49,248 bases of DNA, taken from contig JAQWWC010000080.1 of NCBI GenBank assembly GCA_029249645.1, positions 1 through 49,248 on the forward strand, written 5' to 3'. The notes under the pieces are model-generated. The model was not told the DNA's origin and did no database searches. It saw only the letters and a list, made by a program, of their open reading frames with translations. This stretch comes from Pseudomonadales bacterium (GTDB taxonomy: Bacteria; Pseudomonadota; Gammaproteobacteria; Pseudomonadales; Azotimanducaceae). This document shows positions 35,985 to 44,975 of the stretch, in pieces; the first letter of the stretch is position 1, and each line of letters starts with the position of its first letter. A program made the position numbers and the translations under genes.

Positions 35985-38561
35985 ATGAGAATGGATAAAT
36001 TAACCACTGCGGTGCAACAAGCCTTATCCGACGGCCAATCTCTAGCCGTGCAAAGAGATCACAACATCTTGGCGCCAGAGCATATATTTTACGCGATGCT
36101 TGCAGATAAGACTGACACAGTCAGTACGCTTCTGGGCCAAATGGGCGCAAACCTGCAGAAGTTAAAGAAAGGCCTCAACGACTCACTGGCAGGGCTGCCC
36201 GTCGTTAGGCCGAATCGCGGTGAGGTCCAACCTGGCCCAGAACTTATTCGTTGGCTGAATCTTGCTGAAAAAAAAGCCCATGAATTAGGAGATGAATTTA
36301 TCTCAGCAGAAGTACTGTTATTGTCGATTTTTGAAGGCACGGACGCGTTAGCAAGACAGTTACAGAGCAGTGGTATCAACCCGGATGCTTTAACGCGCGC
36401 AATCAATCAATCCCGTAATGGCCCGCAAGTTGACAACGAAAGCTCGGAAGACGAGCGCCAGGCGCTTCAAAAGTACACCGTTGATCTGACCGAACTCGCG
36501 CGCTCAGGAAAATTGGATCCTGTCATCGGCCGCGATAGTGAAATCAGACGAACCATACAGGTGTTGCAGCGACGTACTAAAAACAACCCGGTGCTTATCG
36601 GCGCGCCAGGGGTGGGTAAGACGGCAATTGTTGAGGGCTTGGCACTTCGGATTATCAATCAAGAGGTGCCGGAAGGCATGCGGCATAAAGCCATTTTATC
36701 GTTAGATTTAGCAGCCCTCGTAGCTGGCGCAAAATTCCGCGGCGAGTTTGAGGAGCGGCTAAAGGCTGTCTTACAAGCCCTTGAACGCCGGCGTGACGAA
36801 GTGATTTTGTTTATTGACGAGCTGCATACGGTTGTCGGCGCAGGCCGTGCGGAGGGCTCGATGGATGCCGGGAACATGCTGAAGCCTGCACTCGCGCGTG
36901 GCGATCTCCACTGTCTGGGTGCGACGACCCTGGACGAATATCGGCAGTTTATTGAATCAGACAAAGCCTTGGAGCGCCGCTTTCAGCGCGTTCAGGTCAA
37001 CGAGCCAAGCGCTCAAGATGCCATTGCGATTCTGAGAGGCCTTAAAGAACGTTATGAACTCCACCATGGCGTCACCATAACGGATCCAGCCATTATTTCG
37101 GCGGTCCAGCTCTCCCAACGCTACATCACAGATCGTCAATTACCCGATAAAGCCATCGACCTAATCGATGAATCGGGCAGTTCGATTCGGATGGAAATCG
37201 ATTCGAAACCTGAAGAAATGGATCAATTAGAAAGGAAGCTTATTCAACTCAAAATTGAGCGAGAAGCGCTCAGCCGGGAAGAGGATAGTCAGTCGAAAAA
37301 ACGCTTGGAAGAGCTTGAAGGCGATATTCGAGCGTCAGAACGTGCGTTTGCGGACTTAGATGAAGTTTGGCGGCGAGAGAAACACTTACAGCAGGGCGCT
37401 CAGAATCTCAAAGAGTCCTTGGATCAAGCCCGGCAGGAGCTCGAGGTTGCCCGACGGGCCGGCGACCTGACTCGGATGTCAGAGTTACAATATGGTCAAA
37501 TACCGGCATTTGAAAAACAAATCGAGGACCAGGCCAGCGGTCATAAAGTTGCGGCAAAGCTCTTCAGAAACCAAGTAACTGAGGACGAAATTGCTGAAGT
37601 CGTATCGAAATGGACCGGTATTCCCATTCACAAAATGCTGGCCAGTGACCGTGAAAAACTTTTAGAACTGGAAACGGCTCTGCAACGACGGGTCGTGGGG
37701 CAGAAGGACGCGGTCTCGGCCATTGCCAACGCCGTACGCCGAGCTCGTGCCGGGCTGTCTGATCCGAACCGTCCCAATGGCTCCTTCTTATTTCTAGGCC
37801 CGACTGGCGTGGGTAAAACCGAGCTTTCGAAAGCCTTAGCCGAGAATCTGTTCGATTCAGAACAAGCACTAATTCGACTGGATATGTCTGAGTATATGGA
37901 AAAGCACTCCGTGTCCCGTTTAATTGGCGCCCCACCGGGTTATGTGGGTTACGAGACAGGCGGCTATCTGACAGAACAAGTTCGGCGCAAGCCCTATGCG
38001 GTCATTTTGCTAGATGAAGTCGAGAAGGCGCATCCCGATGTTTTTAATATCTTGCTGCAAGTACTCGACGATGGCCGTCTGACCGACAGTCACGGCAGAA
38101 CAGTGGATTTCAAAAATACGGTCCTCATTATGACCTCGAATCTCGCCTCTGACGTGATCCAGTCTAAAGCGGGAGCGTCCAGCATGGATGATATCAAAGA
38201 CGCCGTGATGGCTGCCGTTAAACAACACTTTCGACCAGAGTTCTTAAACCGGGTCGATGACAGTGTTATTTTTCAACCCTTGACCGAGGCCAATATTAAA
38301 GCCATTGCTCGGATTCAAGTAGACGACCTCTTGGCACGGATCGCGGAGCAGGGCATCGAGATGACCCTGGAAGATGAGGTCTTTAACAATTTAGCCGAGG
38401 CAGGCTTTGATCCGGCTTATGGCGCAAGGCCTTTGAAACGGCTGATACAGCGCATGATCGAGAATCCACTCGCTGAAGCGATTTTATCTGGCGCTGTTGA
38501 TCAAACGCGTCCAGTGGTCGTTGCTATGTCAGATATCGGGCTCGTTTTTAAGAGCAAATAA
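35985..38561 (+). CDS. clpB: ATP-dependent chaperone/disaggregase ClpB
   Basis: 858 aa. It has two AAA+ modules (GAPGVGKTA and GPTGVGKTE) and a coiled-coil middle domain. GAGGA SD. Confidence 0.95.
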   Translation: MRMDKLTTAVQQALSDGQSLAVQRDHNILAPEHIFYAMLADKTDTVSTLLGQMGANLQKLKKGLNDSLAGLPVVRPNRGEVQPGPELIRWLNLAEKKAHELGDEFISAEVLLLSIFEGTDALARQLQSSGINPDALTRAINQSRNGPQVDNESSEDERQALQKYTVDLTELARSGKLDPVIGRDSEIRRTIQVLQRRTKNNPVLIGAPGVGKTAIVEGLALRIINQEVPEGMRHKAILSLDLAALVAGAKFRGEFEERLKAVLQALERRRDEVILFIDELHTVVGAGRAEGSMDAGNMLKPALARGDLHCLGATTLDEYRQFIESDKALERRFQRVQVNEPSAQDAIAILRGLKERYELHHGVTITDPAIISAVQLSQRYITDRQLPDKAIDLIDESGSSIRMEIDSKPEEMDQLERKLIQLKIEREALSREEDSQSKKRLEELEGDIRASERAFADLDEVWRREKHLQQGAQNLKESLDQARQELEVARRAGDLTRMSELQYGQIPAFEKQIEDQASGHKVAAKLFRNQVTEDEIAEVVSKWTGIPIHKMLASDREKLLELETALQRRVVGQKDAVSAIANAVRRARAGLSDPNRPNGSFLFLGPTGVGKTELSKALAENLFDSEQALIRLDMSEYMEKHSVSRLIGAPPGYVGYETGGYLTEQVRRKPYAVILLDEVEKAHPDVFNILLQVLDDGRLTDSHGRTVDFKNTVLIMTSNLASDVIQSKAGASSMDDIKDAVMAAVKQHFRPEFLNRVDDSVIFQPLTEANIKAIARIQVDDLLARIAEQGIEMTLEDEVFNNLAEAGFDPAYGARPLKRLIQRMIENPLAEAILSGAVDQTRPVVVAMSDIGLVFKSK

Positions 38562-38581
38562 TACTGTACAAGCGTACAGCA
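38562..38581 (+). promoter_or_regulatory. LexA (SOS) box candidate 1
   Basis: TACTGTACAAGCGTACAGCA has a CTGT-N8-ACAG core with TA/CA flanks. It compares closely with the gammaproteobacterial consensus TACTGTATATATATACAGTA. It begins 1 nt after the clpB stop. Confidence 0.55.
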
Positions 38582-38587
38582 TTAAGA

Positions 38588-38607
38588 TACTGTATGCCTG
38601 TACAGCA
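38588..38607 (+). promoter_or_regulatory. LexA (SOS) box candidate 2
   Basis: TACTGTATGCCTGTACAGCA has the same CTGT-N8-ACAG core and identical flanks. Its centre is 26 bp from the centre of box 1. Confidence 0.55.
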
Positions 38608-38736
38608 AATTGTCAGCGCTTGCGATGTTTGGAATAAACCCGGCAAAGATGTCGAGCGTTGACGAAACGGCAAAACCCAATAGGGTCTTTGTCGGAGGGT
38701 GCTGATAAAGGTGATGACGATAAGAGGGGCTCAGCT

Positions 38737-38841
38737 ATGTTAGAGACTAAAATGTTAGAGGCAACAATGTTAGAGACAACAATGTTAGAGACAACAATGT
38801 TAGAGACAACAATGTTAGAGACAACAATGTTAGAAGCTAAG
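38737..38841 (+). repeat. Seven tandem 15-bp units (consensus ATGTTAGAGACAACA; four perfect internal copies)
   Basis: Read directly: atgttagagactaaa / atgttagaggcaaca / atgttagagacaaca x4 / atgttagaagctaag. The repeats are in frame and each unit starts with ATG. Confidence 0.95.
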
Positions 38842-39192
38842 ATTGAAAGCCAATCCTTTGCGGCTAGGCAAGGTCGAATTCATCGGAGAGCGACCGGAAA
38901 GCGTAAGCCCAGCACGACGGCCAGCAACTTTAGCAGCAACACGCTGTCGATTATGGCGTTGCCCTCACGGCCGGTTAAACCGTGCGTTATTACAAATGAT
39001 AAAGATCACTCGCGATTAGCGATGCAAGCCGCGAAACGGATGAAATCTAGCAAAGACAAGCTCCGTACCGGCCGTTTAGTCTGTCTGCACCTCAAGTCAT
39101 TATTGGCCGCAACACAATCTCCACACGCAATCGCGCACCTAGCAGGTGCAACTCCATCCGTTGAGAACCGGCAGTACCCACTTCCTATGTGA
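38737..39192 (+). CDS. Orphan hypothetical protein beginning with (MLE[TA][TK])x7 pentapeptide repeats
   Basis: AAGAGGGG SD lies 7 nt before the ATG at 38737 (the track ORF starts at a TTG at 38659). The open frame runs to 39192. The remainder is basic, S/T/R/K-rich and matches no recognisable family. Coding status is uncertain. Confidence 0.35.
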   Translation: MLETKMLEATMLETTMLETTMLETTMLETTMLEAKIESQSFAARQGRIHRRATGKRKPSTTASNFSSNTLSIMALPSRPVKPCVITNDKDHSRLAMQAAKRMKSSKDKLRTGRLVCLHLKSLLAATQSPHAIAHLAGATPSVENRQYPLPM

Positions 39193-39322
39193 TGATTCAT
39201 TTTCTCGGAAGCAAATGCTTTCTTCTGAGAATGCATGCCAAATTTGGCGGCAATTTCCGCTAATCGACCCAGTTTGCGATTGCTGTGATAATGTCGATCG
39301 AACGCTTTAAACCCGCCTTTTT

Positions 39323-40447
39323 ATGACAGATCATATCCAAACCATTGTTATTGGCGCCGGCGCTGTTGGCTTGGCGATTGGCCGGGAACTTGCTCGAGCG
39401 GGACAAGAATGCCTAATCTTAGAAAGCGCAGCCAATGCTGGGCAGGGCGTTAGCAGCCGTAACAGTGAAGTCATCCATGCCGGCATCTATTATCCAAGGG
39501 GCTCCACTAAGGCTAATCTCTGCCTGGAAGGCAAAACTTTGCTTTACGATTTCTGCGATCAATATGCAGTTCCTTTTAAACGTTGCGGTAAATTAATTGT
39601 TGCGACCAATACGGCAGAACTTGATCAACTGGCAGGAATCGCTGGCTCGGCCGTTAGCAACGGCGTCAAGGACCTCATTCAACTCACACAATCTGATGTT
39701 GCCGCGCTTGAGCCCAATGTGCGAGCCCTCGGGGCATTGCTATCGCCGTCAACCGGGATTTTAAGCGCGCAGGATTATATGCGTGCGCTGCTTGGGGATT
39801 TCGAGGCCAATGGCGGGCTATTGAGTACCCAGTCTGCAGTCACTCAGATATCGCGCCATACCCGTGGATTTAGCCTAAAGGTCAGTGTGCAATCGGACCG
39901 GTCGGAATTTGAAATCACCGCTGACTGTGTGATTAACGCGGCAGGCCTTGGCGCACAAGCGGTTGCCAGCGCGATCGACGGGTTTCCATCAAGCGCCGTA
40001 CCAAAATTATATTTCTGTAAAGGCAACTATTTCGCAATGACGGGTAAAAATCCCTTCAGGCACCTAATCTATCCTGCCCCGCCCGAGAGTGGCGCAGGGC
40101 TTGGCATTCACGCCACGATCGATTTAGGTGGCCAGGTCAAATTTGGACCAGATATTGAATATGTGACCGAGGCCAATTTTGAAGTCACCGCGGCCGCTTT
40201 GCCTGCGTACTACCGCGCTATTCGGCGATATTTTCCAGGGCTAAGGTCTGGCAGCTTGAACCCCAGCTATGCCGGCATTCGACCAAAGATACAAGCGCCG
40301 GGCGACCCGGCTGCAGACTTTTTGATTCGTGAAGAGTCTGGCCTTGGGTTTCCTCGTCTGGTCAATCTGTTCGGCATCGAGTCTCCAGGGCTGACCGCCT
40401 CGCTCGCGATCGCGAGGCTTGTCGCTCAGAAGATCGGATTCATCTAG
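39323..40447 (+). CDS. FAD-dependent oxidoreductase (L-2-hydroxyglutarate oxidase/dehydrogenase-like)
   Basis: The N-terminal motif VIGAGAVGLAIGREL is a GxGxxG dinucleotide fold. SRNSEVIHAGIYY is typical of this DAO-superfamily branch. Confidence 0.8.
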   Translation: MTDHIQTIVIGAGAVGLAIGRELARAGQECLILESAANAGQGVSSRNSEVIHAGIYYPRGSTKANLCLEGKTLLYDFCDQYAVPFKRCGKLIVATNTAELDQLAGIAGSAVSNGVKDLIQLTQSDVAALEPNVRALGALLSPSTGILSAQDYMRALLGDFEANGGLLSTQSAVTQISRHTRGFSLKVSVQSDRSEFEITADCVINAAGLGAQAVASAIDGFPSSAVPKLYFCKGNYFAMTGKNPFRHLIYPAPPESGAGLGIHATIDLGGQVKFGPDIEYVTEANFEVTAAALPAYYRAIRRYFPGLRSGSLNPSYAGIRPKIQAPGDPAADFLIREESGLGFPRLVNLFGIESPGLTASLAIARLVAQKIGFI

Positions 40448-40533
40448 CGGTTTTGGCGCGCTCCAGCTTGGGATAGACTTACCCTGCGAGTCATGACTTG
40501 ACTTGGGAAAATCTAAGCGAATAGGACGCTTTT

Positions 40534-41460
40534 ATGCATGATCATCATGGCCACCACGCGCCGTCATTTTCCGGGACGATCAATTTAAGCTTTGGACTCG
40601 CCGTCGTTGCCAATCTTTCTTTTACGATTGTTGAAGCGGTTTTAGCGGTCGAAGCTGACTCTATGGGCTTACTGGCGGATGCCGGCCATAATTTAAGCGA
40701 CGTCTTGGGCCTCGTTTTAGCCTGGATCGCAAGCTACCTTGCAACTAAGAAAGCCGGTGCCCGGTTCAGTTACGGTTATCGTCGAACCACAATTTTAGCA
40801 GCCCTCACAAATGCCATTACCTTGCTGTTGGCGTCTGTTTATATAGCTTTTGGTGCATTTGAAAAGCTGTCATCAACCGCCATCGTGCATACGGAAATGG
40901 TCATTTATGTCGCGGCAATTGGCATTCTCATTAACGGCGGGGCAGCACTGCTTTTCATGAAGCAAAGCCATCATGATCTCAATATTAAAGGTGCCTTTTT
41001 GCACCTTGCATTCGATGCTTTGGTCTCAGCAGGGGTTGTCGTCGCGGGCATTGTCATGCTCTACACGGATGCCTACTGGATCGATCCTATCGTGGCATTA
41101 GCCATCGTTTCAGTCATTTTATACCTAACCTGGCGGATGCTGGGGGATGCACTCAGCCTGATTCTCGATGCGGTGCCGCGCAACATCGATCCGGAAGCAG
41201 TTGCCCAATTTTTACGAAATATCACCGGGGTTACCGCCGTTCACGACCTACATATCTGGGCCATGAGCACGCAGGAAACCTGTCTAACCGCGCATTTGGT
41301 GATGCCAGAGCACCCTTTGTGGGCTCAACCCAACGGCTATCAGACCGTCAGCCACGCCCTGGCGCAACAGTTTTCGATTCATCATGTCACGTTGCAAGTT
41401 GAGCAGGGTGATGATTGCCAAACCCAGGACTGTCACTTTGAGGAACCCAATGGAATTTGA
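40534..41460 (+). CDS. Cation diffusion facilitator family metal efflux transporter (CzcD/ZitB-like)
   Basis: His-rich N-terminus MHDHHGHH. Six TM helices with HNLSDV and HLAFDA metal-site motifs. The C-terminal cytoplasmic domain has VHDLHIW. Confidence 0.85.
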   Translation: MHDHHGHHAPSFSGTINLSFGLAVVANLSFTIVEAVLAVEADSMGLLADAGHNLSDVLGLVLAWIASYLATKKAGARFSYGYRRTTILAALTNAITLLLASVYIAFGAFEKLSSTAIVHTEMVIYVAAIGILINGGAALLFMKQSHHDLNIKGAFLHLAFDALVSAGVVVAGIVMLYTDAYWIDPIVALAIVSVILYLTWRMLGDALSLILDAVPRNIDPEAVAQFLRNITGVTAVHDLHIWAMSTQETCLTAHLVMPEHPLWAQPNGYQTVSHALAQQFSIHHVTLQVEQGDDCQTQDCHFEEPNGI

Positions 41461-42622
41461 TCGATGGTTTAACGCCCAATTAAACTCGCGGCCGATTGAC
41501 CCAATTCGGCTTGCCGAGCCGGTACCGATAGCCGATTTACCAACACCCGCATTATTACTGGATGAAGCGCGATTTGAAGCAAATCTCGCGCGGATGGCGC
41601 AATGGTCACAGACAACCGGCATTGCACTACGGCCACACAGCAAGATGCATAAATGTCCTGTGATTGCCCATCGACAGTTGGCCCTAGGTGCCTCAGGTAT
41701 TTGCTGCGCCAAAGTATCTGAGGCAGAAGTCATGCAACGGGCCGGCATTGAACCGATTTTGATTACCTCGCCAGTTGTTGATCAGCGAACCATCGAACGT
41801 GTTTCTAAGCTTGCGCGGCATAATGCACAACTGATTGTAGTGGTCGATCATCCTGAGGCGGCCATGAGACTCGAAGAGGCGCTTGCTCAAACGCAAACAA
41901 TTTTGAAGATCCTCATCGATATCGATCCTGGCTTGGGCCGGACCGGCGTCGCCCCGAGCGAGGCCTTATTGGCACTCTTACAAATGATTGATCACGACTG
42001 TCCACATTTGGTGTTTTTTGGACTGCAAACCTATGCTGGGCATTGCATGCACATTCCTGAATACGACAAGCGCAAAAGCAAATATCAGCGCGCCCTGGCA
42101 GCAGGCGTTGAGGCGAGAAACGTCGTCGAGCGCGCAGGATACGCAGTGCAGCTCATGTCTGGGGGCGGGACAGGCTCAATCGACTTTGAAGCAGAGCTGG
42201 GCGTGTTAAGCGAGTTGCAAGCTGGCTCATACGCGTTTATGGACATTGAGTATCGAGATATTGAAAGTAACAACGGGCCAACCTTTGAAGACTTCTCGGT
42301 GGCCTTAACCGTTTTAGTAACGTTGATCAGCCAACCCAAACCGCGGACCGTGACCGTTGATGCCGGGTTTAAATCTCTGGCTTCTGACAAGATGCCACCC
42401 CAATTTAAAGACATCGATGGTCTCAATTACTATTGGGGTGGCGATGAGCATGGCATTGTTGCCTTGGACAACCCCTCTAGAACGCTACAATTGGGTGACA
42501 AGTTAGAGTTATTAACGCCGCATTGCGACCCAACCGTGAACCTGCATGATTATTATTATGTGGTACGAGATGGATGCGTGCAGGAACTTTGGCCCATTTC
42601 GACGCGAGGTTGCTCACAATGA
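41450..42622 (+). CDS. DSD1-family PLP enzyme (D-serine dehydratase / D-threonine aldolase-like; alanine-racemase-N fold)
   Basis: Contains DLPTPALLLDEARFEANL and the PLP-Lys block RPHSKMHKCP. GAGGAA SD precedes the ATG at 41450. The longer track ORF from 41384 would overlap the CDF gene by 77 nt. Confidence 0.8.
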   Translation: MEFDRWFNAQLNSRPIDPIRLAEPVPIADLPTPALLLDEARFEANLARMAQWSQTTGIALRPHSKMHKCPVIAHRQLALGASGICCAKVSEAEVMQRAGIEPILITSPVVDQRTIERVSKLARHNAQLIVVVDHPEAAMRLEEALAQTQTILKILIDIDPGLGRTGVAPSEALLALLQMIDHDCPHLVFFGLQTYAGHCMHIPEYDKRKSKYQRALAAGVEARNVVERAGYAVQLMSGGGTGSIDFEAELGVLSELQAGSYAFMDIEYRDIESNNGPTFEDFSVALTVLVTLISQPKPRTVTVDAGFKSLASDKMPPQFKDIDGLNYYWGGDEHGIVALDNPSRTLQLGDKLELLTPHCDPTVNLHDYYYVVRDGCVQELWPISTRGCSQ

Positions 42623-43623
42623 TGAACGTTCCATACTTTGAGGACTTTTTCGTCGGCCAAGATTTCTCTGATGTGCCGTCCGTTACCGTAACCGATGGTA
42701 TGGCCGCCTTGCACCAAAGCCTGTTTGGCGACCGTAATCGTCTAACGTTGGATCAACCGCTGTGTCAGGCCGTGACCCGTGAGCCAAGAATGCTTGTGAA
42801 CCCAGCACTCGTCTGCAATTTGGCGATCGGCCAAAGCACGATTCCAAGCCAACGCGTGCTCGGCAATCTCTTTTATCGAGGGCTTCAACTGCTGGCACCG
42901 GTATTTATTCAGGATACCCTCACAACGCAAACTCAGGTTGTTGGACTAAAACAAAACACGATCAAACCCGGTAGGGCAGCATCTGGGATGGTCGCGTTAG
43001 AAATCCAAGTTAAAAACCAAAAAGGGGATACCGTCTTACATTTTTGGCGTTGCCCAATGATCCCTTGCCGGAATCCGGATGCAAAGACAGGTCACGACGA
43101 TGACTTTAGCGTCATGCCAGCAGAAATTACCGACGAGCAGTTGCTGGCGCATGTCCCAGACTGGCATTTTGCGGCTTATCGAGCCCGATATCCCAGCGCG
43201 TGTGAGCCCTTAACGGCTGGACAAACGCTTGCGGTCGAAGCCGCAGACACCGTCACTTCAGCACCAGAACTCGTCCGAATGACCCTGAACCTTGCCATGA
43301 CACATACGGATGCGACCCGCAGCGTTTACGGAAAACGCCTAGTTTATGGCGGGCACACTATCTCAATTGCCAGTAAACAACTCGCGATGGGCTTACCGCA
43401 TATCTTGCAAATTCTGGCTTGGTACCGTTGTGATCATGTTGGTCCCGTTTTTGAGGGGGACATCCTGTCCTCGCAGATCACCATCATTGAAACGCACCCG
43501 GTTCAGGATGCAACGGTTGCAAAGCTTGTGGTTGAGGTCTTCGCAAAACGCGGTCCCGAGGCGCCTAGCGACTTACCTGACGCTAAGGTACTGGATTGGT
43601 CGTTAGCCGTGTTGCTACCCTAG
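42619..43623 (+). CDS. MaoC-like double hot-dog (R)-specific acyl-CoA hydratase/dehydratase
   Basis: About 334 aa from MMNVPYFEDFFVGQ, with the ATG overlapping the upstream stop (ATGA). The architecture resembles itaconyl-/mesaconyl-CoA hydratases. Confidence 0.7.
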   Translation: MMNVPYFEDFFVGQDFSDVPSVTVTDGMAALHQSLFGDRNRLTLDQPLCQAVTREPRMLVNPALVCNLAIGQSTIPSQRVLGNLFYRGLQLLAPVFIQDTLTTQTQVVGLKQNTIKPGRAASGMVALEIQVKNQKGDTVLHFWRCPMIPCRNPDAKTGHDDDFSVMPAEITDEQLLAHVPDWHFAAYRARYPSACEPLTAGQTLAVEAADTVTSAPELVRMTLNLAMTHTDATRSVYGKRLVYGGHTISIASKQLAMGLPHILQILAWYRCDHVGPVFEGDILSSQITIIETHPVQDATVAKLVVEVFAKRGPEAPSDLPDAKVLDWSLAVLLP

Positions 43624-43702
43624 AGACGTTTAAAAGCAGCTGGCTCAACGGACTAACGCGTGATCTGAGCCTGACACGAGATGCCAACGAAGAGGAGCGA
43701 GC

Positions 43703-44911
43703 ATGCAGGGAATCTTAACGGGAATGCGCGTCGTAGAAGGCAGCGCCTTTGTTGCGGCACCTCTAGGCGGAATGACCTTGGCGCAATTAGGCGCCGATGT
43801 TATTCGTTTTGACCCCATTGGCGGCGGCTTAGACTACCAGCGCTGGCCCGTAACAGACCGTGGCACCAGTTTATTCTGGGCAGGTATGAATAAAGGTAAA
43901 CGATCGATTCAACTCGATATCCGACGCCCTGAGGCGCAAGAGCTGATTACCGCGCTGTTAGCTCGGCCTGGCGATGATGCAGGCCTTTTTTTAACCAACT
44001 TCCCAGCTCGTGGGTGGTTGTCTTATGAAAATTTAAAAAAAGCGCGTAAAGATCTGATTTATATAAACATTCTAGGCAATCGAAAAGGCGGGTCTGAGGT
44101 TGATTATACCGTCAACCCAGCGAGTGGCTTCGCTGCGGTGACGGGCGATCCCATGGATTCAGCGCCCACAAACCATGTATTGCCAGCCTGGGACAATATA
44201 ACCGGTCAGATGGCGGCAACCGCGCTGTTGGCCGCGGAACGTCATCGCCGAACGTCGGGCGCAGGTCAGTTGGTCGAAATTGCGCTAAAGGATGTCGCTC
44301 TGGCAACTGCCGGTCACCTTGGCAACCTTGCAGAAGCTGCGATAAATCAAGCAGAGAGACCCCGTTATGGCAATTATCTTTACGGCGCTTTCGGAAAAGA
44401 CTTTGTGAGTCAAGATGGCAAGCGATTCATGTTGGTTGGGCTCACGCCCAAACAATGGCAAGCGATCATCAAAGCAACCGGTATCTCAGAGAAGGTTGCC
44501 GACCTTGCAACGCATCAATCAATCTATTTTGAAACCCAAAGTCAGCGATTTGAGCATCGCATCTTGATAGCAGAGCTAATAAACCCTTGGTTTAAGGCCC
44601 ATACGGGCCAAGAAGTGAGCCAACTTCTCGGTGAGGCCGGCGTTTGTTTTGGGCCATATCACACATTCCAAGAGCTGCTTGCGTTGGATCCGGATTGCTC
44701 GGAAGACAATCCGCTGTTCAATTTGCTAGATCAGCCTGGCATTGGAACCTACCTGGCGCCAGCCAACCCGATTCGCTTTGGCGCGAGTACTAACCTGCCT
44801 GCGCTTCGCGCGCCGAGCCTTGGTGAGCACAGTGAAGAGATCCTTGCCCAAGACTTGGGTCTCAGTGCTCACCAGATTGCAACGTTATTTGACAACAAAA
44901 TTGTAGCTTAA
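43703..44911 (+). CDS. Family III CoA-transferase (CaiB/BaiF family)
   Basis: The N-terminus LTGMRVVEGSAFVAAPLGGMTLAQLGADVIRFDP is typical of the family. GAGGAG SD. Confidence 0.85.
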   Translation: MQGILTGMRVVEGSAFVAAPLGGMTLAQLGADVIRFDPIGGGLDYQRWPVTDRGTSLFWAGMNKGKRSIQLDIRRPEAQELITALLARPGDDAGLFLTNFPARGWLSYENLKKARKDLIYINILGNRKGGSEVDYTVNPASGFAAVTGDPMDSAPTNHVLPAWDNITGQMAATALLAAERHRRTSGAGQLVEIALKDVALATAGHLGNLAEAAINQAERPRYGNYLYGAFGKDFVSQDGKRFMLVGLTPKQWQAIIKATGISEKVADLATHQSIYFETQSQRFEHRILIAELINPWFKAHTGQEVSQLLGEAGVCFGPYHTFQELLALDPDCSEDNPLFNLLDQPGIGTYLAPANPIRFGASTNLPALRAPSLGEHSEEILAQDLGLSAHQIATLFDNKIVA

Positions 44912-44975
44912 ATTTTGATAATCCAGATTCAGATAGAGCCGAGGCGAACTCAGATCCTTGTGCTAAAGTACCGAT

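Noticed and set aside
38562-38607. The two CTGT-N8-ACAG palindromes as rho-independent terminators of clpB.
   Set aside because: The stems are only 5-6 bp, AT-rich, and not followed by a T-tract. The 20-nt match to the LexA consensus, including flanks and duplicated, fits operator sites better. A dual role is not excluded.
38649-38705. An 18-codon upstream ORF (MSSVDETAKPNRVFVGGC) lies in the leader between the LexA boxes and the repeat ORF.
   Set aside because: It has no SD and no conservation evidence. It is short enough to occur by chance.
38737-38841. Possible CRISPR array or iteron cluster at the 15-bp tandem repeat.
   Set aside because: The units are directly abutting with no spacers, are only 15 bp long, and there are no cas genes. 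The array is therefore not CRISPR. An iteron or protein-binding role cannot be excluded, but no replication or partition genes are nearby.
39006-39320. The minus-strand frame reads ...FKAFDRHYHSNRKLGRLAEIAAKFGMHSQKKAF..., reminiscent of an AraC/XylS helix-turn-helix (LAEIAAKFGxS). It overlaps track ORF 39006..39236.
   Set aside because: The frame opens only after a TAA at about 39321, inside the neighbouring gene's start region, and has no SD or N-terminal domain. Similarity fades after about 20 residues, and the spacing to the expected FxxxG...Y positions is wrong. At best it is a decayed remnant, so I do not report it as a gene. It does compete with the plus-strand orphan ORF, so I kept that call at low confidence.
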